This document shows, in pieces, positions 63,072-64,000 of a DNA stretch of 64,000 nucleotides. Within the stretch, counting starts at the first letter, position 1. Each line of letters opens with the position of its first letter. The notes beneath the pieces were generated by a model. It did no database searches, was not told the origin of the DNA, and saw nothing but the letters and a program-made list of their open reading frames with translations. Source of the stretch: an uncultured Gemmatimonadaceae bacterium (GTDB lineage Bacteria; Gemmatimonadota; Gemmatimonadetes; Gemmatimonadales; Gemmatimonadaceae); the NCBI GenBank assembly GCA_963781585.1, contig CAWAGQ010000013.1, positions 288,001 to 352,000 on the forward strand. Direction: 5' to 3'. Position numbers and translations under genes: made by a program.

Positions 63072-64000
63072 AACGCGGGAGCCGCCGGCAGGAAAAGCCG
63101 TCTCCGCGCACGACGATCGCCGTGCAGGGCGCGCGCGTCCATAATCTGAAGGACATCTCGCTGGAGATCCCGCGCGATCAGCTGGTGGTCATCACCGGCC
63201 TCTCGGGTTCCGGGAAATCCAGCCTGGCGTTCGACACCATCTACGCCGAAGGCCAGCGGCGGTACATGGAGTCGTTGTCGAGCTACGCGAAGCGGTTCGT
63301 CTCCCAGGTCGCCAAGCCGGACGTGGACTTCGTCTACGGACTGTCTCCGGTGATCTCGATCGAGCAGAAGACCATCGCCAGCAACCCGCGCTCGACGGTC
63401 GGCACGATGACCGACATCTCGAGCTATCTCAACCTGCTCTACGCCACGATCGGCGAGCCCCATTGTCCGCGCAGCGGCGAGCCGGTGCCGAGCCGATCAT
63501 CGAGCCAGATCCTCGAGGCGATCCTCGCGCTGCCCGAAGGGACGGAGATCGAGCTGCTGGCGCCCGTGTTCGCGCTGTACGGTGAGGATCTGAACGTCCT
63601 GTTCACCGAAGTGCGCCGGAAGGGCTGCCGGCAGATGATCATCGACGGCAAGCGCGTGGACCTCGCCGACCAGGCCGGCTCGGTGGAGAGCAGGGACGAC
63701 GACCAGCCGGAAGGGGATGCCGACGTCCCGGAGATGGATGCCGTGGTCGACCGGCTGATCGTGAGCCGGCGACACGAAAAGGCCCTCAAGGCGGCGATCG
63801 CCGCTACGCTCCTGGTGGGAGATGGACTCATGAAAGTCCACGTCACCAGGGGCGCCACCAGGGAGGAGTCGCGCCGCTTGCAACGGGCGCTCACGAGCGC
63901 CACGCACCACCTCGTGTATGGCGACATCGGGCCCGAGTACTTCGTGTTCAACAACCCCGAGAGTGCGTGTCGAACGTGCGGCGGACTCGGCGTCGACAAG
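63068..64000 (+). CDS. uvrA: Excinuclease ABC subunit A (partial, runs off window)
   Basis: Manual translation from GTG 63068: [51 protein letters not shown]...[19 protein letters not shown]...[15 protein letters not shown]. Confidence 0.92.
   Translation, partial: MKRGSRRQEKPSPRTTIAVQGARVHNLKDISLEIPRDQLVVITGLSGSGKSSLAFDTIYAEGQRRYMESLSSYAKRFVSQVAKPDVDFVYGLSPVISIEQKTIASNPRSTVGTMTDISSYLNLLYATIGEPHCPRSGEPVPSRSSSQILEAILALPEGTEIELLAPVFALYGEDLNVLFTEVRRKGCRQMIIDGKRVDLADQAGSVESRDDDQPEGDADVPEMDAVVDRLIVSRRHEKALKAAIAATLLVGDGLMKVHVTRGATREESRRLQRALTSATHHLVYGDIGPEYFVFNNPESACRTCGGLGVDK

Overview
GC-rich bacterial window. The gene repertoire (tricorn/S9 peptidases with Gly-Arg inserts, PadR plus stand-alone ABC permeases, Ser/Thr kinase-TPR) suggests a Gemmatimonadota/Acidobacteriota-like host; this is inference only. 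1-10.9 kb and ~55-64 kb are chromosome-like (dacB, tricorn protease, VOC, S9 peptidase; permease, kinase, uvrA). In between lies a decaying integron landscape: a deleted, frameshifted intI co-oriented with its array, a putative attI at ~11504, and at least 8 recognisable attC hairpins plus several half-sites out to 52496. Three things stand out. (1) An ~8 kb, five-gene anti-phage block (type II Thoeris TIR + TM-macro, translationally coupled to a PLD-SNF2 helicase and an Eco57I-like methyltransferase, plus a DprA-like remnant) is bracketed by complementary integron cores GTTAGACGCCT...AGGCGTCTAAC, so it looks like one giant gene cassette. (2) A tyrosine recombinase + IS91-type transposase module has 18-bp terminal inverted repeats that contain the att core sites. 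(3) Two different ISCR-like rolling-circle elements each abut a closely related attC at the same position. Two toxin-antitoxin cassettes, many gene fragments and several single-base frameshifts (real or sequencing error) are also present. No rRNA, tRNA or CRISPR array was recognised. All family assignments come from motif recognition by eye, not database searches.
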